Below are positions 47,648 through 59,152 of a DNA stretch of 64,000 bases, in pieces. The notes below the pieces were generated by a model that ran no database searches, was not told the origin of the DNA, and saw only the letters and a program-made list of their open reading frames with translations. The stretch is taken from NCBI GenBank assembly GCA_963805085.1, contig CAWDTA010000005.1, positions 608,001 to 672,000 of the forward strand, written 5' to 3'. The stretch's first letter is position 1, and each line of letters begins with the position of its first letter. Origin of the DNA: an uncultured Veillonellaceae bacterium (lineage in GTDB: Bacteria; Bacillota; Negativicutes; JARBTT01). The position numbers and the translations under genes are program-made.

Positions 47648-49216
47648 ATGACATTAAAGCAGACAGAAAGTAGTGCTGAAGTGGAAGGTAAGTTGTCAGC
47701 TTTGGTGACGAATGCAAATGCTATTCGTGCTGTAAGTAATGCGGTCGAAGGTACAATTGGACCTAAAGGGCTAGATACTATGCTCGTGGATCGTTTTGGT
47801 GAAGTAATTATAACTAATGATGGTGTAACCATATTAGATAAAATGGAAGTCGATCATCCAGCTGCACGCCTATTGATTCATATTGCGAAAGCGCAGCAAG
47901 CTGAAATTGGTGATGGAACAACAACCGCAACAATTATGGCTGCTGCGTTAGTAACTGAAGGTCTTGATCAAGTAATACGTGGCGTGCCAGTTACAAAAGT
48001 GATTGAAGGAATTAAATTTGGTATTGCAGAGGCTTTAGCTGCTATCAAAGCAAATGGTCGACAAGTTGAGCATCTGAATGATAGAATGTTAAAGAATATT
48101 GCGATCGTTGCAGGTCGTGAATATGGCGATATTGCAAATCTTGTTATTGAAGCTGCCAATTTGATTGGCGAAGAAAAGCTTTGTGAGTCTCATTTTAAGT
48201 TATCAGATATCATTAGTTCACAAGAATGTGCTGAAAATCAAGTATTCATGGGGGTAGTTATCCATAAACAACGCATGAGCACCGAGATGCCAAAGCATTT
48301 TCACAATGCGAAGGTATTAAGTATTGATGATGCTTTGCAATGTGAAGAAATCAGTAGTGAGGCCCTTGGTACAGAGGCAGGCTTTCAAAAATATATGGAT
48401 CTACAAAATGAGTTTAAAGTAAATGTTCAAAAGATCATTGATCTAAAAGTAAATGTGATATTAGTAGATCGCAATGTGAGTGAGGTAGCCGAGGAGATGT
48501 TTACGGATGCTGGCATTATGGTGCTTAGGCGTGTGGAACATATGGAATTGGAGCGTGTGGCTGAACATGTTGGTGCACGACTGATTAAACGTACGGGTAT
48601 AAAAAAAGCAAATTCGGATATTGAAAAATATATTGGTTATGCTAGTGAAGTATATGAAGATGAGAGACTCAAACAAGTACGTATATTAGGTGGTAAAGGC
48701 AAGCCCATGGCGACTGTTTTGGTTGGTGCAGCAACGAAAGAGGTTGCTGGTGAACGCGAACGTATTGCTAAAGATGCAGCATCAAGTGTGCAGGCTGCGG
48801 TAAAAGGCGGTTATGTATCAGGAGGCGGTTCAATTGAAATCGCAGTTGCAAGGCAAGTACAAACAATGCGTCAAACAATCAAAGGGATGGCTGCCTATGG
48901 CGTAGATTGTGTAGTGCATGCGCTGAGGCACCCACTATCGCAAATCGTTGAAAATGCTGGCTTTAACCAACTAGAAAAAGTAGAAGAAGTGATCAGTGCT
49001 CAAATTGAGCACAAGTGCAATACGTTAGGTATAGATTGCGATACTGGGAAGGTTGTGGATATGCTGGAACTTGGCGTGGTTGATCCAATGTTAGTCAAGT
49101 ATCATGCTATTAAAGCAGCAGGCGAGGTCGCAGTTGCAATATTAAGAATTGATAAGATCATTCGTAAAGTGGCGGAAGGCAGCGCTGATAAGGTAGTGCC
49201 TATGCCTGATATTTAA
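47648..49216 (+). CDS. thermosome/TCP-1-like (group III-type) chaperonin
   Basis: GPKGLDTMLVD, ITNDGVTIL, HPAA, GDGTTT, GGGSIE, GVVDP; no GroEL GGM tail and no groES. Confidence 0.9.
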   Translation: MTLKQTESSAEVEGKLSALVTNANAIRAVSNAVEGTIGPKGLDTMLVDRFGEVIITNDGVTILDKMEVDHPAARLLIHIAKAQQAEIGDGTTTATIMAAALVTEGLDQVIRGVPVTKVIEGIKFGIAEALAAIKANGRQVEHLNDRMLKNIAIVAGREYGDIANLVIEAANLIGEEKLCESHFKLSDIISSQECAENQVFMGVVIHKQRMSTEMPKHFHNAKVLSIDDALQCEEISSEALGTEAGFQKYMDLQNEFKVNVQKIIDLKVNVILVDRNVSEVAEEMFTDAGIMVLRRVEHMELERVAEHVGARLIKRTGIKKANSDIEKYIGYASEVYEDERLKQVRILGGKGKPMATVLVGAATKEVAGERERIAKDAASSVQAAVKGGYVSGGGSIEIAVARQVQTMRQTIKGMAAYGVDCVVHALRHPLSQIVENAGFNQLEKVEEVISAQIEHKCNTLGIDCDTGKVVDMLELGVVDPMLVKYHAIKAAGEVAVAILRIDKIIRKVAEGSADKVVPMPDI

Positions 49217-49220
49217 AGAG

Positions 49221-49799
49221 GTGAAGAGTACAATAATGGCAGAAGAGCAAAAAAAAGAAACTGTAGAAAATGTAGAAGGTCAAGAAAACAATGAACAAGT
49301 GGTAGAAACTGCAGAAGAAGTAACAGAAAATGATGAAGCTGCACGTTTTCAATCCGAATTAGAAGCAAAAGATAAACTTGTGCAAGAACAAGTCGATCGT
49401 GTAAAACGTTTGCAAGCTGATTTTGATAATTTTAGGCGTCGTACACGGCAAGAAAAAGAAGAATTATCCGCAATTGTTTCACAAAATTTAATCAAAGAAT
49501 TGTTGCCACTACTAGATAATTTTGAACGTGCTTTAGCAGCTGAGTTAAGCGCAGAAAGCAGTTCTTTAAAAGATGGCGTTGAAATGATTTACAAACAATT
49601 CGTTGCTACTTTAGAAAGAAATGGTCTTGAACCAATCAATGCAGTAGGTCAAAAGTTTGATCCTAACTTTCATGAAGCAATCATGCGTGTTGCTGATGAA
49701 ACACAGGAAGATGACACTGTTATGGAAGAATTACAACGTGGTTATAGCGTATGCGGTCGCGTTGTAAGACCAAGTATGGTAAAAGTAGTTAGTAATTAA
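49221..49799 (+). CDS. grpE: nucleotide exchange factor GrpE
   Basis: ADFDNFRRR, LDNFERAL, FDPNFHEA, RPSMVKV; start may be ATG 49236. Confidence 0.96.
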   Translation: MKSTIMAEEQKKETVENVEGQENNEQVVETAEEVTENDEAARFQSELEAKDKLVQEQVDRVKRLQADFDNFRRRTRQEKEELSAIVSQNLIKELLPLLDNFERALAAELSAESSSLKDGVEMIYKQFVATLERNGLEPINAVGQKFDPNFHEAIMRVADETQEDDTVMEELQRGYSVCGRVVRPSMVKVVSN

Positions 49800-49851
49800 A
49801 ATTTACTTATAGATAAAAAAGATTGATATATTTTGCAAGGGGGATTTTATA

Positions 49852-51702
49852 ATGGCAAAAGTAATAGGTATTGACTTAGGTACAACAAACTCAGTAGTAG
49901 CAGTAATGGAAGGTGGCGAACCTACTGTTATAGCGAATACAGAAGGTAGTCGTCTTACTCCATCGGTGGTTGGTTTCTCAAAAACTGGTGAACGTTTGGT
50001 AGGACAATTAGCAAAACGTCAAGCAGTATCAAATCCTGATAATACGTTTAGCTCAATTAAACGTCATATGGGTACTGATTATAAAGTAACTGTTGATGGC
50101 AAACAATATACACCACAAGAAATTTCGGCAATGATTTTACAAAAATTAAAAACAGATGCAGAATCCTATCTTGGTGAAACTGTAACACAAGCAGTTATTA
50201 CAGTTCCTGCATATTTCAATGATAGCCAACGTCAAGCAACAAAAGATGCTGGTAAAGTTGCTGGTCTTGAGGTACTTCGTATTATTAATGAACCTACAGC
50301 AGCAGCGCTTGCTTACGGCATGGATAAAGGTGAAGAACACACAATTTTAGTATTTGACTTAGGTGGTGGTACATTCGACGTATCCATTCTTGAATTGGGT
50401 GATGGTGTATTTGAAGTTAAAGCAACCAACGGTAACAACCGTCTGGGTGGTGATGATTTCGATGCGCGCGTAATGAAGTGGATGGTTGCTGAATTCAAAA
50501 AAGAAAGTGGTATTGATTTATCCGATGATAAAATGGCAACACAACGTTTACTTGAAGCATCAGAAAAAGCAAAAATTGAATTGTCTGGTGTTCTATCAAC
50601 CAATATCAATTTACCATTCATTACAGCTGATGCATCTGGTCCAAAACATTTAGACTTAACGTTAACTCGTGCTAAATTTGATGAATTAACTGCAGACCTT
50701 GTAGAAGCAACTATGGGACCAACTCGTCAAGCATTACAAGATTCTGGTCTTTCTGCTAGTGAAATCGACAAAATTATCTTAGTTGGTGGTTCTAGCCGTA
50801 TTCCAGCAGTGCAAGAAGCAATTAAGAAAAATCTTAGCAAAGAACCACACCGTGGTGTAAATCCAGATGAATGTGTTGCAATTGGTGCAGCAATTCAAGC
50901 TGGTGTGCTTGTTGGTGAAGTAAAAGACGTATTATTACTTGATGTAACTCCACTTTCCTTAGGTATTGAAACTTTGGGTGGCGTTTGCACAAAAATCATC
51001 GAACGTAATACGACAATCCCAACTTCTAAGAGCCAAACATTTTCAACCGCTGCTGATAATCAACCATCTGTTGATATTCATGTACTTCAAGGAGAACGTG
51101 AAATGGCAGCAGGCAACAAAACACTTGGTCGTTTTGAATTATCTGATATTCCACCAGCTCCAAGAGGTGTACCTCGAATTGAAGTTACATTTGATATTGA
51201 TGCCAATGGTATCGTGCATGTATCAGCAAAAGACCTTGGCACTGGTAAAGAACAGAAAATTACCATTACCACTTCCGGTGGCATGAGTAATGATGATATC
51301 GATCGCATGGTAAAAGAAGCAGAAGCACATGCAGCTGAAGATAAACAACGTAAAGAAGAAGTTGAAGTAAGAAATAACGCTGATTCTTTAGTATATCAGT
51401 CGGAAAAGACGATTAAAGATCTAGGCGATAAAGCAGATAAAGCACAAGTAGAAAAAATCCAAGCGGCTGCAGAAAAAGTAAGAGAAGCTTTAAAAGGAAC
51501 AGACCTTGAAGCAATCAAAACTGCAACTGAAGAGCTTACAAAACCTTTATATGAAATGAGTGCAGCAGCATATCAAGCCGCAGAAGCACAAAACCCAGGT
51601 ACTGGGCAAGGCGCTCCTAATGCACAAGCTGGCGAACAAACGAAAAAAGATGAAAATGTAGTCGATGCTGAATATAAAGTGGTTGACGACGAAAAAAAAT
51701 AA
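49852..51702 (+). CDS. dnaK: chaperone DnaK
   Basis: [26 protein letters not shown]. Confidence 0.99.
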   Translation: MAKVIGIDLGTTNSVVAVMEGGEPTVIANTEGSRLTPSVVGFSKTGERLVGQLAKRQAVSNPDNTFSSIKRHMGTDYKVTVDGKQYTPQEISAMILQKLKTDAESYLGETVTQAVITVPAYFNDSQRQATKDAGKVAGLEVLRIINEPTAAALAYGMDKGEEHTILVFDLGGGTFDVSILELGDGVFEVKATNGNNRLGGDDFDARVMKWMVAEFKKESGIDLSDDKMATQRLLEASEKAKIELSGVLSTNINLPFITADASGPKHLDLTLTRAKFDELTADLVEATMGPTRQALQDSGLSASEIDKIILVGGSSRIPAVQEAIKKNLSKEPHRGVNPDECVAIGAAIQAGVLVGEVKDVLLLDVTPLSLGIETLGGVCTKIIERNTTIPTSKSQTFSTAADNQPSVDIHVLQGEREMAAGNKTLGRFELSDIPPAPRGVPRIEVTFDIDANGIVHVSAKDLGTGKEQKITITTSGGMSNDDIDRMVKEAEAHAAEDKQRKEEVEVRNNADSLVYQSEKTIKDLGDKADKAQVEKIQAAAEKVREALKGTDLEAIKTATEELTKPLYEMSAAAYQAAEAQNPGTGQGAPNAQAGEQTKKDENVVDAEYKVVDDEKK

Positions 51703-51800
51703 TGTAACTTAAGATGAATATATAGTAAATGCCGATTGACTCCGACTAATTTTTGGTCGGAGTCTTACGGCTAAATGATACATGTTTAGGATGGTGTAAT

Positions 51801-52928
51801 GTGAGTAAGCGCGATTATTATGAAGTGCTAGGTGTATCTAAAAATGCATCAGATGACGAAATAAAAAAAGCATTTAGAAAACTAGCAAGAAAGTATCATC
51901 CTGACGTTAATCGTGATGATCCTAAAGTGGCAGAAGTGAAATTTAAAGAAGCAAACGAAGCCTATGAAGTTTTGTCAGATTCTAAGCGTCGGGAACAATA
52001 TGATCAGTTTGGTCATGCTGCTTTTGATGGCAGTGGCGGCGGTGCTGGTGGATTCGGTGGATTTAGTAGCGGTGGTGCTGGTGGTTTTGGTGATATCTTT
52101 GATATGTTCTTTGGTGGGCAAGGTGGATTTGGTGGTTCACGCCAACCAGGACCAGAACGTGGCAGTGACTTACGCTATGATTTAGAAATCGAGTTTAAAG
52201 AAGCCGCTTTTGGTAAAGAAGTTGAACTGAACATTCCTCGTACAGAAGAATGTGATAGTTGTCATGGTTCTGGGGCTGCCCCTGGAACGCATCCAGAAAC
52301 TTGTCCAACTTGTAAAGGAGCAGGACAAGTGCAATTCGCCCAAAATACACCGTTTGGTCGCATGGTCAATACCAAGGTTTGTGATCGCTGTGGTGGTGAA
52401 GGTAAAATTGTTCATACGCCTTGTAAAACTTGCGGTGGTAAAGGGAAAAAACGTGTAAAACGTAAAATTAGCGTAAAAGTTCCAGCTGGTGTTGATAATG
52501 GTTCTAGAATTAGAGTTAGCAATGCAGGCGAATCTGGTACACGTGGCGGTTCTACTGGTGATTTATACGTTTATATTTTCGTAAAACCTCATAAGTTATT
52601 TCAACGTGAAGGTACAGAGGTTATCTGTGAAGTACCGATTACTTTTGTTCAAGCATCTCTTGGTGATGAAATTGAGGTGCCTACTTTGGACGGAAATGTA
52701 AAGATGAAAATTCCTGAGGGAGTACAATCTGGGACAATCTTGCGTTTGAAAAACAAAGGAATTCCACATTTGCGTGGTCAAGGTCGTGGTGACCAACATG
52801 TAAGAGTAAAAGTATTGACGCCACAAAAATTGAATGAAAAACAAAAAGATATGCTTCGTGAATTTGCACAAGCAAGCGGTGAAAATGTAAACCCCGAGCA
52901 AAAAAGTTGGTTTAAAAAGTTTTTTTAA
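51801..52928 (+). CDS. dnaJ: chaperone DnaJ
   Basis: HPD J-domain, G/F region, four CxxCxGxG repeats; GTG start. Confidence 0.98.
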   Translation: MSKRDYYEVLGVSKNASDDEIKKAFRKLARKYHPDVNRDDPKVAEVKFKEANEAYEVLSDSKRREQYDQFGHAAFDGSGGGAGGFGGFSSGGAGGFGDIFDMFFGGQGGFGGSRQPGPERGSDLRYDLEIEFKEAAFGKEVELNIPRTEECDSCHGSGAAPGTHPETCPTCKGAGQVQFAQNTPFGRMVNTKVCDRCGGEGKIVHTPCKTCGGKGKKRVKRKISVKVPAGVDNGSRIRVSNAGESGTRGGSTGDLYVYIFVKPHKLFQREGTEVICEVPITFVQASLGDEIEVPTLDGNVKMKIPEGVQSGTILRLKNKGIPHLRGQGRGDQHVRVKVLTPQKLNEKQKDMLREFAQASGENVNPEQKSWFKKFF

Positions 52929-53022
52929 ACGATAATGAAGCATAAAATATGTAGCAAAAGCCGAGGAATATACCTCGGCATTGCTTGTCTAAGGCAATAA
53001 ATTGTTAAGGGAGAGATTGATC

Positions 53023-53961
53023 ATGAAATGGGCTGAGATTAGTATCAAAACAACACATGAAGCAAATGAAATTATTGCGGAAATTTTTCATGGATTAGGA
53101 GCTACTGGTGTCGTAATAGAAGACCCTAAACTTGTCAATGAATATCGTGTTTCAGGAGCTTGGGATTATACCGATATACCAGAAGCAATAAATACAGAAG
53201 TTGTTACAGTTAAAGCCTATTTACCTGTTGACGAAGAGCTAGACGACAAGCTTCGTGCATTTGAAAAAGAAGTGGACCAATTAGCAGGAAATAATATTGA
53301 TAAAGGTCTGGGCGATATCTCTTGCAATCAGATTCAAGAGGAAGATTGGGCTACTTCATGGAAGGAATTTTTTCATCCATTAAAAGTTGGCGGTATTATT
53401 GTGATTAAACCATCCTGGGAAGAATATCATGCAAGTCCAAATGATATTATCATTGAACTTGATCCTGGTATGGCCTTTGGTACAGGAACGCATCATACGA
53501 CGGCAATGTGTATTCGTGAGTTAGAAACAATTATCACTGGTGGCATGGAAGTATTTGATGTTGGTACTGGTTCTGGGGTGCTTGCTATTGCGGCGGCAAA
53601 ACTTGGTGCGACAAAAGTCACCGCAGTTGATTTTGATCCATTAGCGGTTAAGATTGCGAAAGATAATTTGGACATTAATCATGTAGCTGATATTATTAGC
53701 GTCGGTCAAGGTGATTTATTGAAAGGCGTAGATGGTAAAGCAGATGTGATTATTGCCAACATCATTGCTGACATCATCATTCTTTTATTAGAGGATATAC
53801 CAAATAAATTAAAAATTGGTGGGACCATGATTGCGAGTGGAATCATCGCAGACCGCTTGGGAGATGTAACAGAAGTGGTGCTAACCCAAGGCCTTATCGT
53901 CGATAAAGTAATTGAAGAAGGTGGCTGGGCTACGATGGTTATTCGTAACGGAGGAGTCTGA
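53023..53961 (+). CDS. prmA: ribosomal protein L11 methyltransferase
   Basis: LDPGMAFGTGTH, DVGTGSGVL, ANI. Confidence 0.96.
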   Translation: MKWAEISIKTTHEANEIIAEIFHGLGATGVVIEDPKLVNEYRVSGAWDYTDIPEAINTEVVTVKAYLPVDEELDDKLRAFEKEVDQLAGNNIDKGLGDISCNQIQEEDWATSWKEFFHPLKVGGIIVIKPSWEEYHASPNDIIIELDPGMAFGTGTHHTTAMCIRELETIITGGMEVFDVGTGSGVLAIAAAKLGATKVTAVDFDPLAVKIAKDNLDINHVADIISVGQGDLLKGVDGKADVIIANIIADIIILLLEDIPNKLKIGGTMIASGIIADRLGDVTEVVLTQGLIVDKVIEEGGWATMVIRNGGV

Positions 53962-53963
53962 TC

Positions 53964-54698
53964 GTGAGAAGGTTTTTCGTCAGTGACCCGTTAGCGGATA
54001 TCGTAACAATAACAGGCGAAGATGCACATCATATTATACATGTGCTTCGTTATAAGATTGGTCAATATCTGATCGTTGTAGATGGTGATGGCAGAATTGC
54101 TAAAACAGAAATTACAGACATAGCTGAGTATACAGTAGTTGTAAAAATAATAGAGTATCTCGAAGAAAATACTGAAGCACCCATCGAGGTTATATTGGCG
54201 CAATGTTTGCCAAAATCAGATAAGATGGATTTTATCGTACAAAAAGCGGTAGAATTAGGTGTTCATAGAATTTGTCCGCTTATGAGTGAAAATTGTGTGG
54301 TAAAATATGATCACGCAAAAAAAGAGGCGCGCCAGAAAAAATGGCAGAAGATCGCAAATGAGGCGGCGAAACAATGTGGGAGAACCCTGTTGCCAAGTGT
54401 ACAGCCGATTGCTCTTTTAAAGGATTTATTTCTAGAATTAGAGCATAACGTAGAAGTATTTATGTGTTATGAAGGACAAGCTGATAGCTCTCTTAAGACT
54501 CTACTAGAAACAACGATGGCCAGTAAATTCTTGATTATCATCGGGCCAGAGGGCGGGTTTAGCCCAGCAGAAGTGGTACTTTGTAAAGGGAATGGTGCAA
54601 AAGTCGTTACCATGGGACCACGGATCTTGCGAACAGAGACGGCTTCGCTTGCGGCAGTTAGTTTAGTTATGTATCAAAATGGTGATTTAGGAGGTTGA
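53964..54698 (+). CDS. rsmE: 16S rRNA m3U1498 methyltransferase
   Basis: QKAVELG, AAKQCGR, IGPEGGFS, ILRTETA. Confidence 0.96.
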   Translation: MRRFFVSDPLADIVTITGEDAHHIIHVLRYKIGQYLIVVDGDGRIAKTEITDIAEYTVVVKIIEYLEENTEAPIEVILAQCLPKSDKMDFIVQKAVELGVHRICPLMSENCVVKYDHAKKEARQKKWQKIANEAAKQCGRTLLPSVQPIALLKDLFLELEHNVEVFMCYEGQADSSLKTLLETTMASKFLIIIGPEGGFSPAEVVLCKGNGAKVVTMGPRILRTETASLAAVSLVMYQNGDLGG

Positions 54699-54702
54699 TG
54701 TT

Positions 54703-56001
54703 TTGCCAAAGGTTGCTTTAACAACATTAGGTTGTAAAGTGAATCAGTTTGAAACTGAGGTCATGGAAGGTCTGTTTAAAGAACGTCAGTATGATATTGT
54801 TGCTTTTGATGAAAAAGCTGATTTTTATATTATTAATACTTGTTCAGTAACGCATTTAGGTGAAAAAAAATCTCGTCAGCTAATTCGCAGGGCTAAGAGG
54901 CTCAATCCACAGTCAATTATTGCTGTTACAGGTTGCTATGCCCAAATCGCTCCTGATCAAGTCGAGGCGATTGAAGGTGTAAAAGTAATCGTTGGAACCA
55001 AAGAACGCAATAAAATCGTTGATTTAGTAGAACGAGCGGCTCATGAAGAAGGCGTTGTGAACGCGATAACAGATATTATGAAGGCAAAAGAATTTGAAGA
55101 TATTCCGCTTTTTGCTGCACCGGGTAGAACACGAGCCTTCTTGAAAATTCAAGAGGGTTGTACTAATTTCTGTACATATTGTATTATTCCTTATGCAAGA
55201 GGACCACTTCGTTCTCGCAAACTGAAAAGTCTAAAAGAAGAAGCCGAAAAGCTTGTTCAGGCAGGGTTTAAAGAAATTGTTTTGACGGGAATTCATTTAG
55301 GCGCATATGGGCGAGATTTAGCAGAAAACATAAACTTAGCCGATGCAGTGAAAGTAGTTCTTGGACTTCAGGATTTAAAACGGTTAAGATTGGGGTCATT
55401 AGAATCGATTGAATTATCGCCAGTTTTGTTTGATATTTTATGTAAGGATGAGCGTTTCTGCCCGCATTTGCACTTGCCGTTACAAGCTGGTCATGATGAT
55501 ATTTTAAAAATGATGAATCGTCATTATGATACGGCAGAATTTAGACAAGTTATCCATAAGGTTATGGATATGGTACCAAATGTTGCGATTTCTACAGATA
55601 TCATTGTCGGTTTTCCAGGGGAAACCGATGAAATGTTTGAACAAAGCTTGGTCTTTGCCAAGTCGATGGATTTTGCAAAGATTCATGTATTTCCTTATTC
55701 AAAACGTCAAGGTACGCCAGCGGCGACCTTTTCCAATCAGGTGGATGAGCATGTCAAAAAAGAGCGGGCTCACGTTATGCAGATGATGGCAGACGAAAAA
55801 GCGCAGGAATATTGTAAACGTTTTATTGGTAAAACATTATCAGTGCTATTTGAATCAGAACATGAAGGCATTGTTGATGGTTTAACTGATAATTATGTCC
55901 GAGTTTATGTAGAAGCTAATTCCGTATTATGTGGTGAAATTTATAATGTTTCATTGGAAAAAGTATATAAAGACGGTTTATGGGGTAAAATTTGCAAATA
56001 A
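54703..56001 (+). CDS. mtaB: tRNA t6A37 methylthiotransferase MtaB
   Basis: TLGCKVNQ, INTCSVT, CTNFCTYC, YSKRQGTPA. Confidence 0.95.
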   Translation: MPKVALTTLGCKVNQFETEVMEGLFKERQYDIVAFDEKADFYIINTCSVTHLGEKKSRQLIRRAKRLNPQSIIAVTGCYAQIAPDQVEAIEGVKVIVGTKERNKIVDLVERAAHEEGVVNAITDIMKAKEFEDIPLFAAPGRTRAFLKIQEGCTNFCTYCIIPYARGPLRSRKLKSLKEEAEKLVQAGFKEIVLTGIHLGAYGRDLAENINLADAVKVVLGLQDLKRLRLGSLESIELSPVLFDILCKDERFCPHLHLPLQAGHDDILKMMNRHYDTAEFRQVIHKVMDMVPNVAISTDIIVGFPGETDEMFEQSLVFAKSMDFAKIHVFPYSKRQGTPAATFSNQVDEHVKKERAHVMQMMADEKAQEYCKRFIGKTLSVLFESEHEGIVDGLTDNYVRVYVEANSVLCGEIYNVSLEKVYKDGLWGKICK

Positions 56002-56101
56002 GTTAGTATATAAAGCAGGTAATTTGTAAAAAAAGGCGAATAAAATATAAAGTGTATTAATAGGATATGCTTTGATTTGTACTGGAAAGGGGGTGACCGA
56101 T

Positions 56102-56446
56102 ATGGACTGCATTTTTTGTGAGATTGCTAACAAAGAAATTCCAACGAATTTTGTTTATGAAGATGAGTTTGTCGTGGCGTTTAACGATATTAGCCCAGTG
56201 GCTCCTGTTCATGTATTAGTGGTACCCAAAAAACATATTGCGAACCTTCTTGAATTAACCAGTGATGATGGCCAATTGATGCTACATATCATGGCAACTG
56301 TTATTCCTAAGATTGCGAATGAACAAGGTTTGGCAGAAAATGGTTTCCGCTTGGTAGTGAATACGAAAGAGGATGGTGGACAAACCGTACCTCATTTGCA
56401 TTTTCATATACTAGGAGCAAGAACGATGGCTTGGCCACCAGGTTAA
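56102..56446 (+). CDS. hinT: HIT family nucleotide-binding protein
   Basis: DCIFC, GQTVPHLHFH, WPPG; sigmaH-type motif at 56015-56041. Confidence 0.93.
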   Translation: MDCIFCEIANKEIPTNFVYEDEFVVAFNDISPVAPVHVLVVPKKHIANLLELTSDDGQLMLHIMATVIPKIANEQGLAENGFRLVVNTKEDGGQTVPHLHFHILGARTMAWPPG

Positions 56447-56448
56447 TG

Positions 56449-56478
56449 TTGACAATAAAACCATAGTTCATGTATAAT
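56449..56478 (+). promoter_or_regulatory. sigmaA promoter of rpsU-yqeY
   Basis: TTGACA-18-TATAAT. Confidence 0.8.
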
Positions 56479-56533
56479 GTTTAGGTGTAGTTAAGCAGTA
56501 CACTCCCATGTCGAGTGGAGGGGGGGAAAATAG

Positions 56534-56713
56534 ATGTCAGAAGTTAAAGTTGGAAAAAACGAAACAATTGATAGTGCACTCCGTAGATTTAAACGTACTT
56601 GCCAAAAAGCTGGTACTCTTGCTGAGGTTAGAAAACGTGAACACTATGAAAAACCTAGTGTAAAACGTAAGAAAAAATCCGAAGCTGCACGTAAACGTAA
56701 ATTTAAAGCTTAA
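56534..56713 (+). CDS. rpsU: 30S ribosomal protein S21 (59 aa; not in ORF track)
   Basis: [59 protein letters not shown]. Confidence 0.97.
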   Translation: MSEVKVGKNETIDSALRRFKRTCQKAGTLAEVRKREHYEKPSVKRKKKSEAARKRKFKA

Positions 56714-56739
56714 ATTTCGTTTCGGAGGTATGAGAAAAT

Positions 56740-57192
56740 ATGTCTCTTAAAGAACAATTGACTGAAGATATGAAGCAGGCAATGAAAGCGAGAGAAGCAG
56801 GTAAATTGCGCCTTTCTGTTATTCGTATGGTTCGTTCTGCTATAAAGAATGTTGAGATTGACAGTAAAAAGGAGCTTGCTGAAGAAGGCGTTCTTGATAT
56901 AGTCTCTAAAGAAGTAAAAATGCGCAGAGATTCAATGGAAGAGTTCAAGAAAGCAAATCGTCAAGATTTGGTTGATCAACTTGAACAAGAAATTGCAATA
57001 TTATTGCCATATCTTCCTCAACAGTTAACTGAAGCTGAAGTTCGTGCTTTAGTCAGTGAGTCTGTAGTAGCAAGTGGTGCTATTACTCCAAAAGATATGG
57101 GCAAAGTTATGGCGCTATTGATGCCGAAAGTAAAAGGTCGTGCCGATGGTAAGTTAGTAAACAACATTGTGCGTGAACTATTAAATCAATAA
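56740..57192 (+). CDS. yqeY: GatB/YqeY domain protein
   Basis: DMKQAMKA, YLPQQL, KDMGKVM, GRADGK. Confidence 0.94.
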   Translation: MSLKEQLTEDMKQAMKAREAGKLRLSVIRMVRSAIKNVEIDSKKELAEEGVLDIVSKEVKMRRDSMEEFKKANRQDLVDQLEQEIAILLPYLPQQLTEAEVRALVSESVVASGAITPKDMGKVMALLMPKVKGRADGKLVNNIVRELLNQ

Positions 57193-57391
57193 GATGAATC
57201 CAGTACTTTTTAAGTACTGGATTTTATTTTTGCATAAATGTAGGAATTCATGTAATATTTGTGGAATAGATTAAGAGAGTTATATAAATATTATATTTAT
57301 ATTATATTTATATGGGAAAAGTAATTGTATTGTGTATGTTTATTTACAAACAGTTGCTGAAAAGATGCAGATGAAAGGAGGCCTTAGCATT

Positions 57392-58027
57392 ATGCAACCA
57401 GAATTTTGGGCATTACCAATCATAAAGATACTGTTAATCACGATCATATTTTTATCCTTGTTAGTTGAAGTGAAAACAGCGGGTATGGGGATTGGAGCCT
57501 TGCTTGGTATTATTGCAGCGGGGGTATTCTTTTTTAGTCAATTGGTAACTGGTATGGTGAGCTTTTTTGAAATCGCAATGTTTTTAGGCGGAGTTTTGTT
57601 TATTGTCATTGAACTACTGACGCCTGGCATCGGGATATTTGCTGGACTGGGAATGATTGCTATTCTATATAGCTTCATATTAGCTCTTGGTGGGGGAAGT
57701 TCCGCAATATATTTACTCATCGTCAGTCTAATCCTTGCTATCGTTATTTTTGCTCTGGTAGTGAGAAAATTACCTTCGAGTAAACTATGGTCAAAGGTTG
57801 TTCTAAAAGACACGTCAACGGTCAGTAAGGGCTATATTAGTACCAATGATTACAGTGGATTTTTAGGCAAAGAAGGTTATGTTATTACCGAACTTCGTCC
57901 AGCTGGGACTGTTTCTATTGATGAAGTAAAGCTTGACGTTGTATCAGAAGGTAGTTACATTGAAAAAGATGCTAGAATCGAAGTTGTTTCTATCCAAGGG
58001 AGTCGTATTGTCGTTAGACGAATCTAG
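57392..58027 (+). CDS. NfeD-family membrane protein (YqeZ-like, short form)
   Basis: TM helices, ELLTPG, C-terminal OB fold LRPAG...DVVSEG; upstream of floA. Confidence 0.88.
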   Translation: MQPEFWALPIIKILLITIIFLSLLVEVKTAGMGIGALLGIIAAGVFFFSQLVTGMVSFFEIAMFLGGVLFIVIELLTPGIGIFAGLGMIAILYSFILALGGGSSAIYLLIVSLILAIVIFALVVRKLPSSKLWSKVVLKDTSTVSKGYISTNDYSGFLGKEGYVITELRPAGTVSIDEVKLDVVSEGSYIEKDARIEVVSIQGSRIVVRRI

Positions 58028-58136
58028 TGAAGATAGCAACTAGTATTGACTAGGTTTATCTAGATTTTACTATATGAGTTTATTGCAAGATGCTTTGTTA
58101 GGGAAGTACCCTAATTTTGAAATGGAGGTTTTTGAT

Positions 58137-59147
58137 TTGGAAGTATTACTTGGTTCAGGTTTATTACTTGTTTTGGTTATTGTTGCGGTTATGGTGTTTT
58201 TGCATTTCGTCCCATTGGGTTTATGGATCTCTGCCATCGCTGCTGGAGTAAGAGTGAGCATTGTTACGTTGGTAGGAATGAGACTTCGGCGTGTGCCTCC
58301 AGCCCATATTGTTATGCCACTCATTAAGGCGAATAAAGCTGGTATTGATGTCAGTGTGAATCAATTAGAAGCCCATTATTTAGCAGGCGGGAATGTTGAC
58401 CGCGTAATTGATGCATTGATTGCCGCACATAGAGCGGAAATTCCATTGCCTTTCGCACGCTCCGCTGCGATTGACCTTGCCGGTCGTGATGTGTTACAAG
58501 CAGTGCAAATGAGCGTTAATCCACAAGTGATTGAGACACCAGTCGTTTCTGCTGTCGCGCATAATGGGATTGAGCTGAAAATTAAAGCGCGTGTTACCGT
58601 AAGGGCTAATATTGATCGCTTGGTCGGTGGTGCGGGCGAAGCTACGATTATTGCTAGAGTAGGCGAAGGCATTGTAACGACTGTTGGTTCTTCAGTTGAT
58701 CATAAAGATGTACTAGCAAATCCAGACCATATTTCAAGAACTGTTTTAGCAAAAGGGCTAGATGCAGGCACAGCCTTCGAAATTCTCTCTATAGATATTG
58801 CCGATGTTGATGTAGGTCGTAATATTGGCGCGGAACTTATGACAGACCAAGCGGAAGCTGATAAACGAATTGCCCAAGCGAAAGCTGAAGAACGTCGGGC
58901 GATGGCTGTAGCCAAAGAGCAAGAAATGAAAGCATATACACAGGAAATGAGTGCAAAAGTCGTGGAAGCACAATCAGAAGTGCCTCATGCGATGGCAGCA
59001 GCCCTTCGCGAAGGTAGAATTGGCGTAATGGACTATTACAATATGAATAACATTACTGCTGATACACAAATGCGTGAAGCAATTAGTAAAGCCGGTGTTC
59101 CTCAAGGTCAAGGGCAAGCTTCAAGCCAAGACCGCCCAGTTAGGTAA
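58137..59147 (+). CDS. floA: flotillin-like protein FloA (YqfA)
   Basis: [44 protein letters not shown]; TTG after GGAGG. Confidence 0.95.
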   Translation: MEVLLGSGLLLVLVIVAVMVFLHFVPLGLWISAIAAGVRVSIVTLVGMRLRRVPPAHIVMPLIKANKAGIDVSVNQLEAHYLAGGNVDRVIDALIAAHRAEIPLPFARSAAIDLAGRDVLQAVQMSVNPQVIETPVVSAVAHNGIELKIKARVTVRANIDRLVGGAGEATIIARVGEGIVTTVGSSVDHKDVLANPDHISRTVLAKGLDAGTAFEILSIDIADVDVGRNIGAELMTDQAEADKRIAQAKAEERRAMAVAKEQEMKAYTQEMSAKVVEAQSEVPHAMAAALREGRIGVMDYYNMNNITADTQMREAISKAGVPQGQGQASSQDRPVR

Positions 59148-59152
59148 CGGTT

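Noticed and set aside
52030-52140. GGT/GGC-rich repeats
   Set aside because: Normal G/F-rich linker of DnaJ.
57280-57313. AT-only palindrome/tandem ATTATATTTAT before nfeD
   Set aside because: Low complexity; cannot be supported as an operator from sequence alone.
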